From Epiperipatus broadwayi (Eukaryota; Animalia; Onychophora), in the NCBI GenBank assembly GCA_028023455.1, contig JAQFVV010000008.1, forward strand, positions 8,742,001-8,806,000: a stretch of DNA of 64,000 nucleotides. The letters run 5' to 3'. Both the position numbers and the translations under genes were made by a program. Positions within the stretch are counted from its first letter, which is position 1, and every line of letters begins with the position of its first letter. Below, piece after piece: positions 24,107-36,268 of this stretch. The notes under the pieces are model-generated. The model was not told where the DNA came from and did not search any database. It saw nothing but the letters and a program-made list of their open reading frames with translations.

Positions 24107-26013
24107 GGTTGTTTTCTATTCCCTGGTGTCAACCGCATGACGGTGCTATTTCTAGGTCAATTCCTAGAAATATGCCATTTGGCCTACACCCAACCTAAGA
24201 GGCTTCTTTCTATGCTAAAATGCTGAAAGAGTGCTCGCGGCGGCCTCAGCCAACCTAAGAGGCCTCTTTCTACGATAAAACACAGAAAAAGTCCCCACCG
24301 GTCTGGCTTTTTTCTATGCTAAAAGCACAGACAAATGCCTTTATTGGCTGTCGTAGTTGGTTGTGTTATTAACTTTATCGTAATGCTAGAATGTTTATTT
24401 TTTCTATACTTTGGTGTGAGGGTGTGTGGATTTTAGCCTGTTGTAATTATTTAAAATTTCATTACAAAGGTATTTTTTTTCAAGTGCTCTAAACTATTGT
24501 TACATTGTAACTTAATTAACAATGTCCTGAAAGTTCCATTACGAATGGGTAACCCTCAAAATTTGCTTTTAAGGGTGCGTAACGGCAGTATTTCGAGGAT
24601 CACGCGAAAAGTAACATTTTTTGTGAGAATGCATCCATGACAAGTTACTTTTTATATATATACTTACAAACAAAAACAACCCAGTGTCTGATTATTAGTA
24701 ATTACTTGTCCAAAAAAGAAAATTAGTCGGGTATTATTTTTTTACATTTACTATTTAAATAAGATTAGTTTTTATATCTACACACTAACAAAAACAACCC
24801 AGTTTCTAATTAATTACTGTCCAAAAAAAAAAAAAGAAAGCAAATTAGTCGGGGGTTTGATTTTTAAATGAAGTATTTGAATTACGGTACTTTTTATATA
24901 TACAAAATATTTACAAAAAAAACTCACTTTCTGATTAATTACTGTCCAAAAGAAACGCAAATTAGTCGGCTATCATTTTTAAATTTAGTATTTAAACAAC
25001 GGTACCTTTTTATATAGACACACTAGCAAAAAGAATCCACTTTCTGATTCATTATTGTTCAAAAAAAAAAAAAAAGAAAGCAAATTAGTCGGGTATCATT
25101 TTTCAATTGAGTCTTTCACTGATGGTCCTTTTTAGATACACACACTAACAAAAAGAATCCACTTTCTGATTAATTACTGTCCCAAAAAAAAAAAAAAGCA
25201 AATTAGTTAGGTAGCATTTTAAAATTGTAGTGTGAATTTTTTAAATGTTGTGGGTAAATTGAATAATGTAGAATTGCGTATTATTTTCGATTGAAAAAAA
25301 AGATCGTAACTTTATATATACACACACACACATAAAGAAAATAAAACTCACTTTCTGATTAATTACTGTCAATACCCAAAAAAAAGTTATTCGCGGGTAT
25401 CATTTTCAAATTTAGTATTTCAATAATTTTACGGCTTTTGATAAAATCTACACACTAATAAAAACAATCCACTTTCTGATTCATTACTGTCCAAAAAAAA
25501 AAGTAACATAGTCAGGTATCATTTTGAAATATAGTATTTAAAGAACAGTATTTTTTATATATACACACTAACAAAAAGAACCCACTTTCTGATTAATTAT
25601 TGTCCAAAAACAAAAAAAAAAAAAAGGCAAATTAGTCGGGTATCATTTGTAAATTTAGCATGAATGTAGCAATTTTGTGTAAATTGAAAAAAATGTATAA
25701 TTGCGTTCGATTAAAAAAATCCCATAACTTTTGACAAATACACACAAACAAAAACAACCCATTTTATGATTAATTACTGTCCAAAAAACATCAATTATTC
25801 GGGTATCATTTTTAAATTTAATTTCTAATTTTTTTTTTTTTAAATAGTAATATTATTTACTATTAGTTTTCCTCTAATTTCCTATTACAAAAACTAAAAA
25901 AGCCGATATTTATATAGATAAAATCACAGGCCCAGCCCGAAATAGTAATATGTATGTGTTTTGATTAGCAACAACGCCATCATACGGCTGACACGAGGGA
26001 ATAGAAAACAACC
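24107..26013. mobile_element. Merlin-like non-autonomous DNA transposon A (1907 bp)
   Basis: ~45-bp TIRs ggttgttttctattccct(g/c)gtgtca...; GG termini. Perfect 8-bp TSD TAATATTC (24099-24106, 26014-26021). Short subterminal direct repeats ccaacctaagaggc; internal tandem array. The Merlin call rests on GG ends, the 8-bp TSD and the TIR motif shared with the elements at 36269 and 60797. Confidence 0.78.
24648..25818 (+). repeat. Tandem array of about nine ~115-125-bp A-tract units inside Merlin-like element A
   Basis: Unit: atatacacactaacaaaaagaatccactttctgattaattactgtcc(A)n gcaaattagtcgggtatcatttttaaatttagtattt...; two units carry a shared ~60-70-bp extra segment (~25232, ~25660). Confidence 0.9.
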
Positions 26014-27399
26014 TAATATTCAAATTACACTAATTATTGATCAATATTAACTACTTGTTATTAGGGATGCCATATTTGTTGCAAACCACTGTATGGATAA
26101 ATACTTGAGGGGCTATCAAAAAAAATTGAAAGTTACAACATCCTTATTTCTCAAAGTATTGAAGTGATGGATTACCTTAGGTAAGTCATGTTATATATTA
26201 ATCTTTTGGAAATTTAATGAAGAATGCAATGGAGTTATTAACAAAAGCATAGATTTAAAATTTAAGCATAAAAATTTTGAATTTATGAAATAGTATAAAA
26301 TAATTTTTAGAAATATTAATTTTTTTCTCTCTTTTTTATTACTTTGAATATCAATGGCTACATTTTTTCAATTTCATTACATTATTTTATGTTCTATGTT
26401 TCAAATAATATATATTGTCATTTTCCAACAACACAAACTTAAGTTATTATAAAATTTGTAGTTTAACATAATTTTTTAAATATTCAATATGGCCGCTTCA
26501 GCAGTCCATCAGTTAAAGGTTGCATTTGTAATAACATTTGTAAGACTGTTTGGGTTTCATAAGGCAATAAACAATTTTTTAATCTTATTTATTACACTCA
26601 TCACAAATAATTGGTCACATTTCTATAAGGTTCCTATCAAAGGGAAGTCTTATGAGAACATTCATACATGTCAAGAATGCTAATAGATGTTTTTATGAGA
26701 ATGTGGAGACATTTTATGCCTTATTGTGATGGTTTTCCTTAGTTTTCTAATCTAGTGTTTTATGCTGATGACTGAATTGGTGGTTCTACCTGGAATAGTG
26801 ATTTCCTTTTGAGGAGATGATAATAGATTGACCTAGCATCATCAAGAGAAATGGCTTAACCATAAAAAATCCTACACCATGCCAACCTTCTTGATTGTTT
26901 CATGAGAGTGAAATGAGGATTTAATTCAAAATGAGCCTTGCTCACTTTAGGCTAAGTGGGAATTAATTATGAATCAAAGAATTCGTAGACTTACAACAGG
27001 TCCAGAGATTATCCTAACTACGCAAAGGTCTCCAGCCAAAATTAAAACCCTCATTCATTTCCAATAACAGAAAGTATGAAAGACCAGATTGAATACAACT
27101 CTATTTTGATGAACAACCAGAACATTCAACGATGAAACAAAATCCATTTGAATAATAACCATACTGTTTGTTTTATTTCTGATACCTATTTTATCATCAA
27201 CATTATATATATATATATTTACAGTAATATTTAGTATCATTCTTTTTATTATTATTTATTATTTAAGAGTTAATGATTAGTAATGTCAGAATATATAAAA
27301 ACAAAAATCTTAAATTATTTCAATTGAATACACCGCAAGATTTATGTAGTCATATTCAGGTTCTTCTTTTCACTCTCAGAGCTTTGAACCACAATACTC

Positions 27400-28900
27400 T
27401 TAGATGTTTTACTATGTCTCGGTATTGATGAAGATGACCAAGACTTATTTTTTAAGGTTTCCATATGATTGTGCTTCATTCTTCATTCTCTTTCTAGTAA
27501 CAATCAATTGTAGACTTTCACTCATCCTCTGTCTAGCCCTTCTTTTACAATATGATGCTTCACTATAATCTCTCTTTTTTCTCATTTCCAATGCACTGAT
27601 ATCCACAATTCTTTTCCCTTTGTCTGATTGTCTACCTTGTTGACTCTGAAGTGGCATAATAACTTAATTTAGTAATTCTGGCATCTGTTTTACAGACTTC
27701 TTATCAGTAAAACAGCATATGTTCTAGTTAGTAGAGCAAATTGTACTGAATTCTCCAAATAATCTAAACATTCATATTGCATGCAACAGATATCCTTAGT
27801 CTGGCCACTTGTCTTATAAAAACTCTGAAAATTTTTTCCCAGTGACAGCTTTAAATTTTTCTTGCACATCTCTTGGCATTCTTCAATCCAGAAATTGCTC
27901 AACTAGGTCTGTTGAACAATGAATTCCATCAAGATTGAACATTCCCTGGCAGGAGCCTACTTCTGGCAAGGAATTAAGATGGAAATAATTTTATTTTTAA
28001 AAATCAGTTCACGCTATGATGAGTTTTTCCTTAATTCTTCTTTTCTAGATAGCTCTAAGTTGTGGCTTTTAGTTAATTCCTATCTATTTTTATTCCAAGT
28101 ATTTACCTCTTCTTCTCCACTCTTTAGTACAGTTTCACCATCCAAGACATTCACAATTTTAACAGCAAACTCCCGAATTTCTTCATTACATCTACTCAGT
28201 TTCTTTTCTTCTTTATTTCATGCCTTTATTCTCAACTCCTCCATCTTTGCTTCAAAATCTTCTATTGTTTTGTGAATTTCAGTTACATTTCCATTATTTT
28301 TCTTTTCATAATCTATCCCTTGAATTTCCACTTTTGTCAATACTTCTATTTGTTTTCTTCTTTTTTTTTTTTATCAATTTCACGATTTTGTCAAGTCCTG
28401 CTCTTCCATGCTATTGAATTTACCAACAATACTTCTCTGCATTTCTTCAAATTTATTTTCATTATTCAGCATTCCATCAAAGCTTTGTTGTTTTTATCTT
28501 TTCTTCCATATTATGAAACTTTTGGTTCATGTTCTGCTCCATATTCTTGCACTTTTCATCACTCTTCTCCTGTATGTCTTCAATATTTTGGAGCTTCTTG
28601 TCAATGCTTTGTATGTCTTGTTATCTGTTCTCATTTTTCTGCAGTATATCTTCTATATTTTGAAATTTTTTCCCCACATTTTGGCACTTTATATTCATAT
28701 TTTGGAATTTTGTATCTGTATTTTGTTGAAACTCTTTTGATTTTGTATGAATTTTCCATTATGCCATTTAATGTTGATCTTTCATCTCTGATTTTTTCTG
28801 CACCTGCTATTTGATTGATCTTTCTGTATTTCTGGCTGTTTTTCATTTGATTGACCATGTTCCTCCACGTTTGGACAGTCACCATTCTTAGATTTATCTT
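27400..28900 (-). mobile_element. Decayed Ty3/gypsy gag relic (coiled-coil region plus capsid-like motif); no pol seen
   Basis: Minus strand is purine- and K/E/Q-rich (coiled-coil-like). ORF 27690-27902 has 'SNFWIEECQEM', matching 'QNFWSEECREM' in the gag at 52027-52260. The plus-strand F/L-rich ORFs at 27919-28814 are antisense shadows. Confidence 0.55.
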
Positions 28901-29049
28901 GATGGTGCTCTATTCTTTTTGAACAAGCTCTTGTTAAATAAAAACAAAATTTAATTCTTAATTCTTATATTTATTAACTGTTTGTATTCAATTTTAATTT
29001 TTACTGAGATGTCTAAATCTCTCTCTAATATTCTTTATTTTATATATTA

Positions 29050-29172
29050 TATAATGAGCATGAATAGTGCTTAACAAGCTTTTCTGAATATCCCTATCCC
29101 CAGCCTGGTTTCTAATTGGTGGGGATAGAGATATTAAGAAAAGCTTGTTATGAGCTATTCATGCTCATTATA
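29050..29172. repeat. 123-bp foldback palindrome (~52-bp arms, ~19-nt spacer)
   Basis: tataatgagcatgaatagtgcttaacaagcttttctgaatatccctatcccc / ggggatagagatattaagaaaagcttgttatgagctattcatgctcattata. Confidence 0.85.
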
Positions 29173-29699
29173 ATAACATTTGTAGTACAAGCTTATTAAA
29201 TTAAGTCATATGATATATGACTTGATTTCCTTGCAAGATACATATATATATTTAAACAGTATACTAGACCCCTCTCCCTCTCTCACCATAAAGCTACACT
29301 AATTAATATATGCCATGACTGCTCTTCTTTTTTCCCATTTAAAAATATATAAATCTTTTTTCAAAAATGCCTTACCTCTCTAATATTCATCACCCTACCA
29401 ATCTTGCATATTACCTTACTTTATTGGTGTCAATCTCCACTAACTCTAACATATTCTTATTAATTTGTTACTTATTAACCTTATAGTTTATATATAAATA
29501 GATTTAATATGAATGTCTATATTTCTAAATCAACAACAAAAATTAATTACATTACACAATATCTTAGTTATAACTAATTACTCTATATTATTTTCTATTT
29601 TCATCTAAGTCACTCACTGTGACTTAGTCTAATATTATATCTACATATATATCAGATTCTCCATATCGTTTTGCAACCTTCTATCATGATGTGCACCAT

Positions 29700-30170
29700 T
29701 ATTTACTATACCAAAAATCTACCCCTATTCTATTCCTTGCACATTGGTTCAATATCAACATAGTAGGTATAAATTTCTATAGTGGAACTTTATATTTTTA
29801 CTTACTTAATCTGCCTCACACCCAGTTCCCACAAATAAACTTGATGATAGGTACACAAACCCACATATATTATTTCAAGCCTAATAAATAAACAGTCATA
29901 CTGGTAATAAACTCTATTTTTAAAAAAAGAGGATTGGACTAACAATCATTAGTTATATTTCCTGAGCTCTCTATTAATATCAATCTTTATAAGGATCTTC
30001 AAAATTTGCCATTACAAAGCATTTTTAAAATGCCTGAATCACATGAGCCTTATATACCACTTTCCTTAGAAAGAATGTTTTAAAAGGATCTTTATGGAGA
30101 CATCCACCAACAGTTCTTTATAGCATATCCCAGATTCACATTCAGTACTCTTTAAATTTCTTAAGGTAAA
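29700..30170 (-). mobile_element. Possible decayed L2/CR1-type LINE RT C-terminal fragment
   Basis: Broken motifs resembling 'FKYLG' (~30150) and 'VPII.Y..E.W' ('VPIIKFICGNW', ~29850); many stops. Confidence 0.25.
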
Positions 30171-31166
30171 TAGTTATACAGTAAAAAGAGAAAGAAAATA
30201 AAATCAATAATTTAGAATTGTTGTGGAGTGAGAGAAGATAAATTGAACACTAAACAATGACTTCAATATAATTTAATTTATTAATATTAATAAAACCCCA
30301 TAATCATAATTTAAACAATAAAAAAAACAACAACATAAAAAATAGAATATAAAGAGAAAATATAAGTGAAAACCACTTCCCCTTTTTTTTTCAACTTACA
30401 TGGAAATGTATGTATATACATATAATATTGAAAAAATAAATAAACAAAGACAACTATATCTAAGAAAACAATTAGATTTAATCAAAAATCATATAACATC
30501 ATTCTATACACAGATATCCATGTAGATGTAAATCAAGTACAAACACAAATAAATTTAAGGGATTAAATGTTTAAGTCAATCCCCCACTCCACTCCTCCAA
30601 TAATATCACTTTATATGCATATGCATTCATGTATATATGTGCATATAAATTAAATGAATAGTACATTTATATATATAAAAATATTAAGTCGATGTAAGAG
30701 ATTAAATATATTTAAATCCGAAATATAAATAAAATACCATTCTACATGCACACACACACATATAAGTGTAGTTTAAATCATCAATTGTACTTATATATAT
30801 ATTGTAACCCAGAGATAGACGGATATAGGTGAATAATCAATAACAAGTCTTAAAATATATATGCAGGCTGACAATACTAAACATAGACTAACTCATGTGC
30901 ACATATGCTACAATAAATAGAGTAAATGAGAATATACATTAATAATAGAAATGCAATAACAGCAAATAAAGAGAATTCTTATACTCTTTCTTTTAAAAAT
31001 ATAATAGTTCTTAATATGGCACAAAAAGGGTTAGTTGTATTTTTATATTTGACTATTTCCATCATCTAATATGTGTATTAAATGTCTTTAGAAAAATTTA
31101 ACTTTATTTAAATATTCCAAATACATTCAACTGTTAGTAATAGCACATCAAACAGGTTAATATATG

Positions 31167-31210
31167 CACAACGTTTTGAGAGGTATTATTCTCCCCTCTT
31201 CTTCAGGTGT
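31167..31210 (-). ncRNA. Minimal type-I hammerhead ribozyme motif (left arm; G12->A)
   Basis: Minus strand cac-CTGAAGA-A-GAGGGG-agaataata-CCTCTC-AAAA-CGTT-gtg. Stem II 6/6 with one G-U; 3-bp stem I cac/gtg; palindromic ACGU stem III. Confidence 0.5.
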
Positions 31211-31240
31211 TGCTGGCCTGACCAGTGACAGTACTAGCAA

Positions 31241-31283
31241 CACCTGAAGAAGAGGGGAGAATAATACCACTCGAAATGTTGGG
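31241..31283 (+). ncRNA. Minimal type-I hammerhead ribozyme motif (right arm; C15.2->T)
   Basis: cac-CTGAAGA(31244-31250)-A-GAGGGG-agaataata-CCACTC-GAAA(31273-31276)-TGTT-ggg. CUGANGA and GAAA cores present; stem II 5/6 paired. Confidence 0.55.
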
Positions 31284-32569
31284 CATATACTAATCTGTTT
31301 GATGTGCTATTACTAACAGTTGAATGTATTTGGAATATTTAAATAAAAGTTAAATTTTTCTAAAGACATTCAATACACATATTAGATTATGGAAATAGTT
31401 CAACATAAAAATACAACTAGAACACTATCATCACAAACCTTCAGGAAAACAAAAAGGTTTAGGTTACTTTAAATCTTCTTTACCAACACATTCTCAAAAT
31501 ACAATTACATCTTATAATTATCATGATGATCTTTACAAAATGATCAGATATAATGGGCAGTTCTTTTATCAAATAAACCCATCTTTTCTTATGTTTTGCC
31601 ACATAGCTCTTTCTTAAAATGATTTGTTCTTAAATAAAATAATTCTTACTTAAGTAATCATATGAATAAAATATAACTCAGGATTTTTATATGATGAAAA
31701 CTTTTACAATTTACAATTTTGTTCTTGAAACCTACCCAAAAATGTAATCCTAGTAAAGCAACAATAGCAATAAGATATACACTTACCCTTAAGATAATGT
31801 CTTATTAAATTATAATTATAAATTTTACAATGAATATTATACATGAAAAATTCTTAATTTTAAATAAACATAATACATTAGTTATGGCATTCATAATATC
31901 ATGAGTAGATAAGATATTTTACGGTTACCCAAAGTATCACACTAATAGGTTTGCTTTTAATCTTCTTTGAAAATAAAACCAAGCAATCTTATCATCTTAA
32001 ATTCTGATAAATAAAATAAAGTGATTTTCCAAATAAAGCAGAGTGATATTCACATAAATGAAACTGACTAAAGTGATCTTATACCAAATAGATAAATAAT
32101 TTTGATTAAATAAAGTAATCTTTTTCTTTGATGTTCTCTTAAAACCAGAAATACAATTTAAATAGTGACTTTTATGTCAATTTCTTTGAATTCATGTACT
32201 CTCAATGCATAATAAACAAATATAATATTGTTTGGTAAATATTATTAGATTTCAAAAAAATGCAAATGATAAAATGCAAAAGAATTTAAATTAATAATAA
32301 AACTACTATTTATTAACCTTAACAACATTGAAAAGAAAAATATCAAGCTGTCTTACAAAGTTATCAAAACGATCCCCAAAACAAAATAAAAAAAACAATA
32401 TAGAAGAAAATTATATATTACAGTTTTTAAAAATAATAGCATTAATATTTACTGGTTAACAAAATCTTCTATAGCTTTGATACTTTTAATAAGTTCTCTC
32501 ATTTAGCATACTAATTCACAATTATAAAAATACTATTCACTAACTTAAGTAAAATATAAACTTACCAAT

Positions 32570-33170
32570 CCTTATTTGGCAATAAATGCTGAAGGTATAT
32601 ATTATTTAATGTAACCATATATGCAATTTTAAATTTAATATTAAACATTTTATCGGATTTAACATATTGAGATATGAGCTACGCACAGCTACAAGACATA
32701 TATATCAAAACGAACAATACTTAGATAAACTAAGAATGTGACTGGAGGTAAAGGTAGCATTTCACAGTACCTCTAAAATATCAATTCCCAGGATAGTAGT
32801 AGAAACACATAACTTATGGCTTAAGTCAAAATACGCCATTAAGAAAATACACACTAAGGAATAAAAAAACAAAGGCAAAAACAGAATGATGGCATGAACT
32901 CAAAGAAGCACTTACTTATGAGAACAATAAGAAGCTAGGACTTTGACACTAGTCAGGCAAACTAAAAAGGAACTATCAGATGAGAACAGGGGTATGCCTA
33001 TAAAGCATTGTATGCTTAAATAGCCCAAAGATAAATAATATAATTCATTGGCAAGATAAATCATAAGAAAGATACTATACCACAGTCTCTTTCAAAACTC
33101 ACTGGCAAGATAACAAACTACAAGAGACTAATGTTACAATCTCTTTAAAACAACAATAACTAAATGATGG
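32570..33170 (+). mobile_element. Possible R4/Dong-like non-LTR retrotransposon relic (post-RT region)
   Basis: Broken motifs 'AINAEGI', 'NRGM' (GGRGL-like) and 'HWQDNKLQETNVTISLKQQ', resembling R4 'WL..G.L..ETE..I.A.QDQ'. Confidence 0.3.
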
Positions 33171-34719
33171 GTAAAGCCAATAAAACAATAAACAGAGCTA
33201 AATATAAAATTGTGGCATAATAATTAAACAATAAAAAATATACATCAGCTTTTGACTCTTCCAGCATTTAAACACATTCAAAAATAGTTTCATAAAGGAA
33301 CAAGTATAATGCTTGTAAAAATATTCGTCTAGCAATATTCTGAGAACTTATAAAATACCTAATAAATAATTCATAAAGAATTACACAAAATAAAATATAT
33401 AAAAATAATACACAACACTTAACAAACAATAAATATTTAAAATTAATAATTACACCTATTACCAAAAATAAAAAGTCCATTTTGACATTCACCATTGTGC
33501 TGAATATACTCAATGAATAAGTTCTTGACTATCCTGCAGACTTTCTGGGATATTGAAATAATATTAACACAAACAGCAATTCACAAAATATAAGGGAGCA
33601 AATATTTGAAGTCAGTCATAAATAAACATAGCCATTCAGATTTGATGACTGTAAATTTAATAAACAGAATAACATATAATAGACATTGTATGTTTCATAG
33701 AATATTATATAAATAATTTGGCATTTCGTTTCAAAAGCACATTTTATAATTTATTAATAATTACAAAGAAGGGCAAGAGCAAATTTCAAATTAATATCTC
33801 TGGCATAGCAGTAAATAATATAATGAAAGTCTTGCAAAATGAATATATTTAATAATTTTGAGTCAATATGCTGAGAAATGTATTTACTTCTTTTAAATTT
33901 AATGCAGACACAATAAAGTCAGTTTTACAACACTTAATTTATAATACCCGTCATTGGAAGATGTTAACTTCTTGAAAAAAGGGCAATTAATAAATGAATG
34001 TTAATTATTTAAATAAAGAATTTAAAATAATAAGGCATACTAACCAAAATATAAGTTTTTTATTAGTAGTATGCTCTTTAAAACTGCATGATTCTTTGCA
34101 GCTTGTCATCTACGCGTCATAGCTGATTGAAATTTTTTTTTTTTTAAATTGTGTGAAAACTATAAGTATGACTTCAAAAAAATCCCATCATTCATTGCTG
34201 CTTGTTTATAGCTTTTAAATGATATATCATAATTAAAAATCAAATAAAATTTGAACTTTCTATTAATTTTTTTGTTAATATGCCCTTTTGGTCAATTTTC
34301 TAGTTTACACGAGAGCGATAAATGCAGAAAATTTTTATCGGCCTCATTATCTAAGGAAAGTGGATTTTAAAAATGCTGATATTTACCTTTAAGGCCTGCA
34401 ATGGGATGTGAACGTAATTGCAGAATATCGTATGTATACAATTTTAATTTTTTATAATATTTAATTTTTTTAAAATTATTTTGATAAATGGTAGAATTTA
34501 TTAATTTGTTTGCATTTGTATTTTCATGTCTGTGTACTATATATATTATATAATATTAAATCATTTATACTCTTTATTATACAATATATAAATTTTTATT
34601 CAAATATAACAAAAGTGTTTTTTGTATAGTATAATTTTGTGTCTCAAATCCAAATTTGAGGCAACCTTATTTTATAGACATAATGATTCGCAAAAGGTTT
34701 AATAATTTATTACTATGTA

Positions 34720-35310
34720 TTGGTGTGCTTGTGTTTTCTCTTGCATGATGGTAAAACAAGTAATGATTTACATATATAGAGCAGTGCAATGTAAATGTTA
34801 AAAACTGATAATCAAATGTACAGAAAGGCTGCAGTTGATAAAGCAATCACAAAATTTACTGGGCATAGTACCATGTGAAAATATAAACACTTAAAACCAA
34901 TAAAGGAGATTTCAAATGCTGTGTGTGGAGTGGTACCACAATGGTTATGCATATACCACATGGAATTGTATGCAGGCAAAGAATCGAATTCTGATTCTTG
35001 CCTATGCCTTGATACTCATGCTGTGGAGTCAGTAGTTTTGCCACATCTTGCAACACATTATTTTCAAGTCTATAGTTAGCAAATGAGCTATATGCAAATC
35101 AATTATGTCTATCTGGGACAATAAATATAACAAGATAACATCACTGGTGTGCATTAAAAATATAAACATCATTGATGTACACACAAAAATATAAAATGAA
35201 GATATGAAACTCATTTTATCAGTGATACAGACAGTAGCCTACAATTTCTGGTTTTAGATAGACAAGAAGTAAATTGCTATGATAACAAATGCATATCCAT
35301 CTTCTGGAAA
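34720..35310 (+). pseudogene. piggyBac transposase catalytic-core relic, same family as 22756-23755
   Basis: 'AVDKAITKFTGHSTM*KYKHLKPIK...ELYAGKE...' and 'WF*IDKK*IAMITNAY' correspond to 'VDEAM.KFKGRS.MKQY.P.KP.K...Y.GK' and 'W.D.K.V.M.TN'. DNA at ~34780-34845 aligns with ~23688-23750. Confidence 0.72.
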
Positions 35311-36268
35311 TGATTTTTGTATCTTTTATTAGGATGAATCTTTTTCTTATAGACACCTTTGAGATTTGGTAACTTTTGGGGTATAAAATAAAAATGAAGA
35401 ATTCATATGCAACTTGTTTTGGAGATTCGAAAGCTATGGATTATCTCAGGTAAAAAATATTATATATGGTTTGAAAGATAATTTTGTGAGGAATACAAAG
35501 AAGTTATCAATGAGCATGTAATTTAAACTTAGTTAATGATAAATTAGAAGTTATGAATAAACAATAAAGTAATAATTATGTCGGATGTTGAAATTTCTTT
35601 TTTTCCTTATTTTTTGAATAGTAATTACTATTTGTCTCAGCCTTATTGTAAAGTCAAATTTAAATTTTATTTTCTAAATATAATTTTTATTCTAAAAAGC
35701 AGATACTATATCAGAGCATTCAGCTACATAAGCTTTTATTAATTAAAATAAAAATGCATAATAAAGTCTTTAATTATCCAATTATAACAATTTTAAGATA
35801 TAGCATTTATAAAATTATTTTATCATTCAAAAGGTTCTGCAATTCGGGGTTAATTAGTACTTTTTCAGCTAAAATGAAATTACTTTAAAAGATAATACTA
35901 ATTGTAACATGATGAAGATTTAGCATATTTTAAATATAAAAGTTGCATGAAAAAGTTTTTTAAAAATATTTAAAATATCTTCTTAAGTTTACTATAAAAT
36001 AATTTTAAAAGTTTTTCTATATATCTTAGAAATTATATTTTCTATAACAAAGTATAAATAGAACAGAAAGTAGAATTAATAAAGTTTTTACAAAGCAGGG
36101 GTGATAATAATACTTTTTTAAATAAATTTTACTGAAGTAATTGATTCCTGAAAAAAATGTCAATTTCTACAGCCTTTACTGTTAAATTTCCCACAATGCA
36201 ATTCTTCTTGAATATTTTCAAAGCATCAAAAGTTTTGCAGTTGTAGAATAGCCTAGATAAATATTACT

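Larger units (their letters stand above)
31032..31419. mobile_element. 388-bp foldback palindrome, probably an inverted dimer of a Penelope-like pseudo-LTR/3' end
   Basis: ~185-bp near-perfect inverted arms around a ~20-nt spacer. Each arm carries cctgaagaagagggg...ctc(g/a)aaa(c/t)gtt, typical of Penelope-like element ends. Confidence 0.8.

Noticed and set aside
24648-25818. Repeat-spacer appearance suggesting a CRISPR array
   Set aside because: The intervening parts are homologous between units rather than unique spacers, there are no cas genes, and the context is eukaryotic and TIR-bounded.
27919-28814. Longest ORFs in the track (118-180 aa, F/L/S-rich, plus strand)
   Set aside because: They are antisense shadows of the purine-rich gag relic on the minus strand; they look like membrane proteins only through T-rich codon bias.
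26065-35449. Two exon-like segments ending ATGGATTA(C/T)CT(T/C)AG|GTAA (26065-26180 and 35353-35449), suggesting paralogous 'MDYL' exons
   Set aside because: The first has stops in all frames unless an A-run gains a base. The second has an in-frame stop just after its acceptor and abuts the piggyBac relic. Similarity is limited to ~18 nt.
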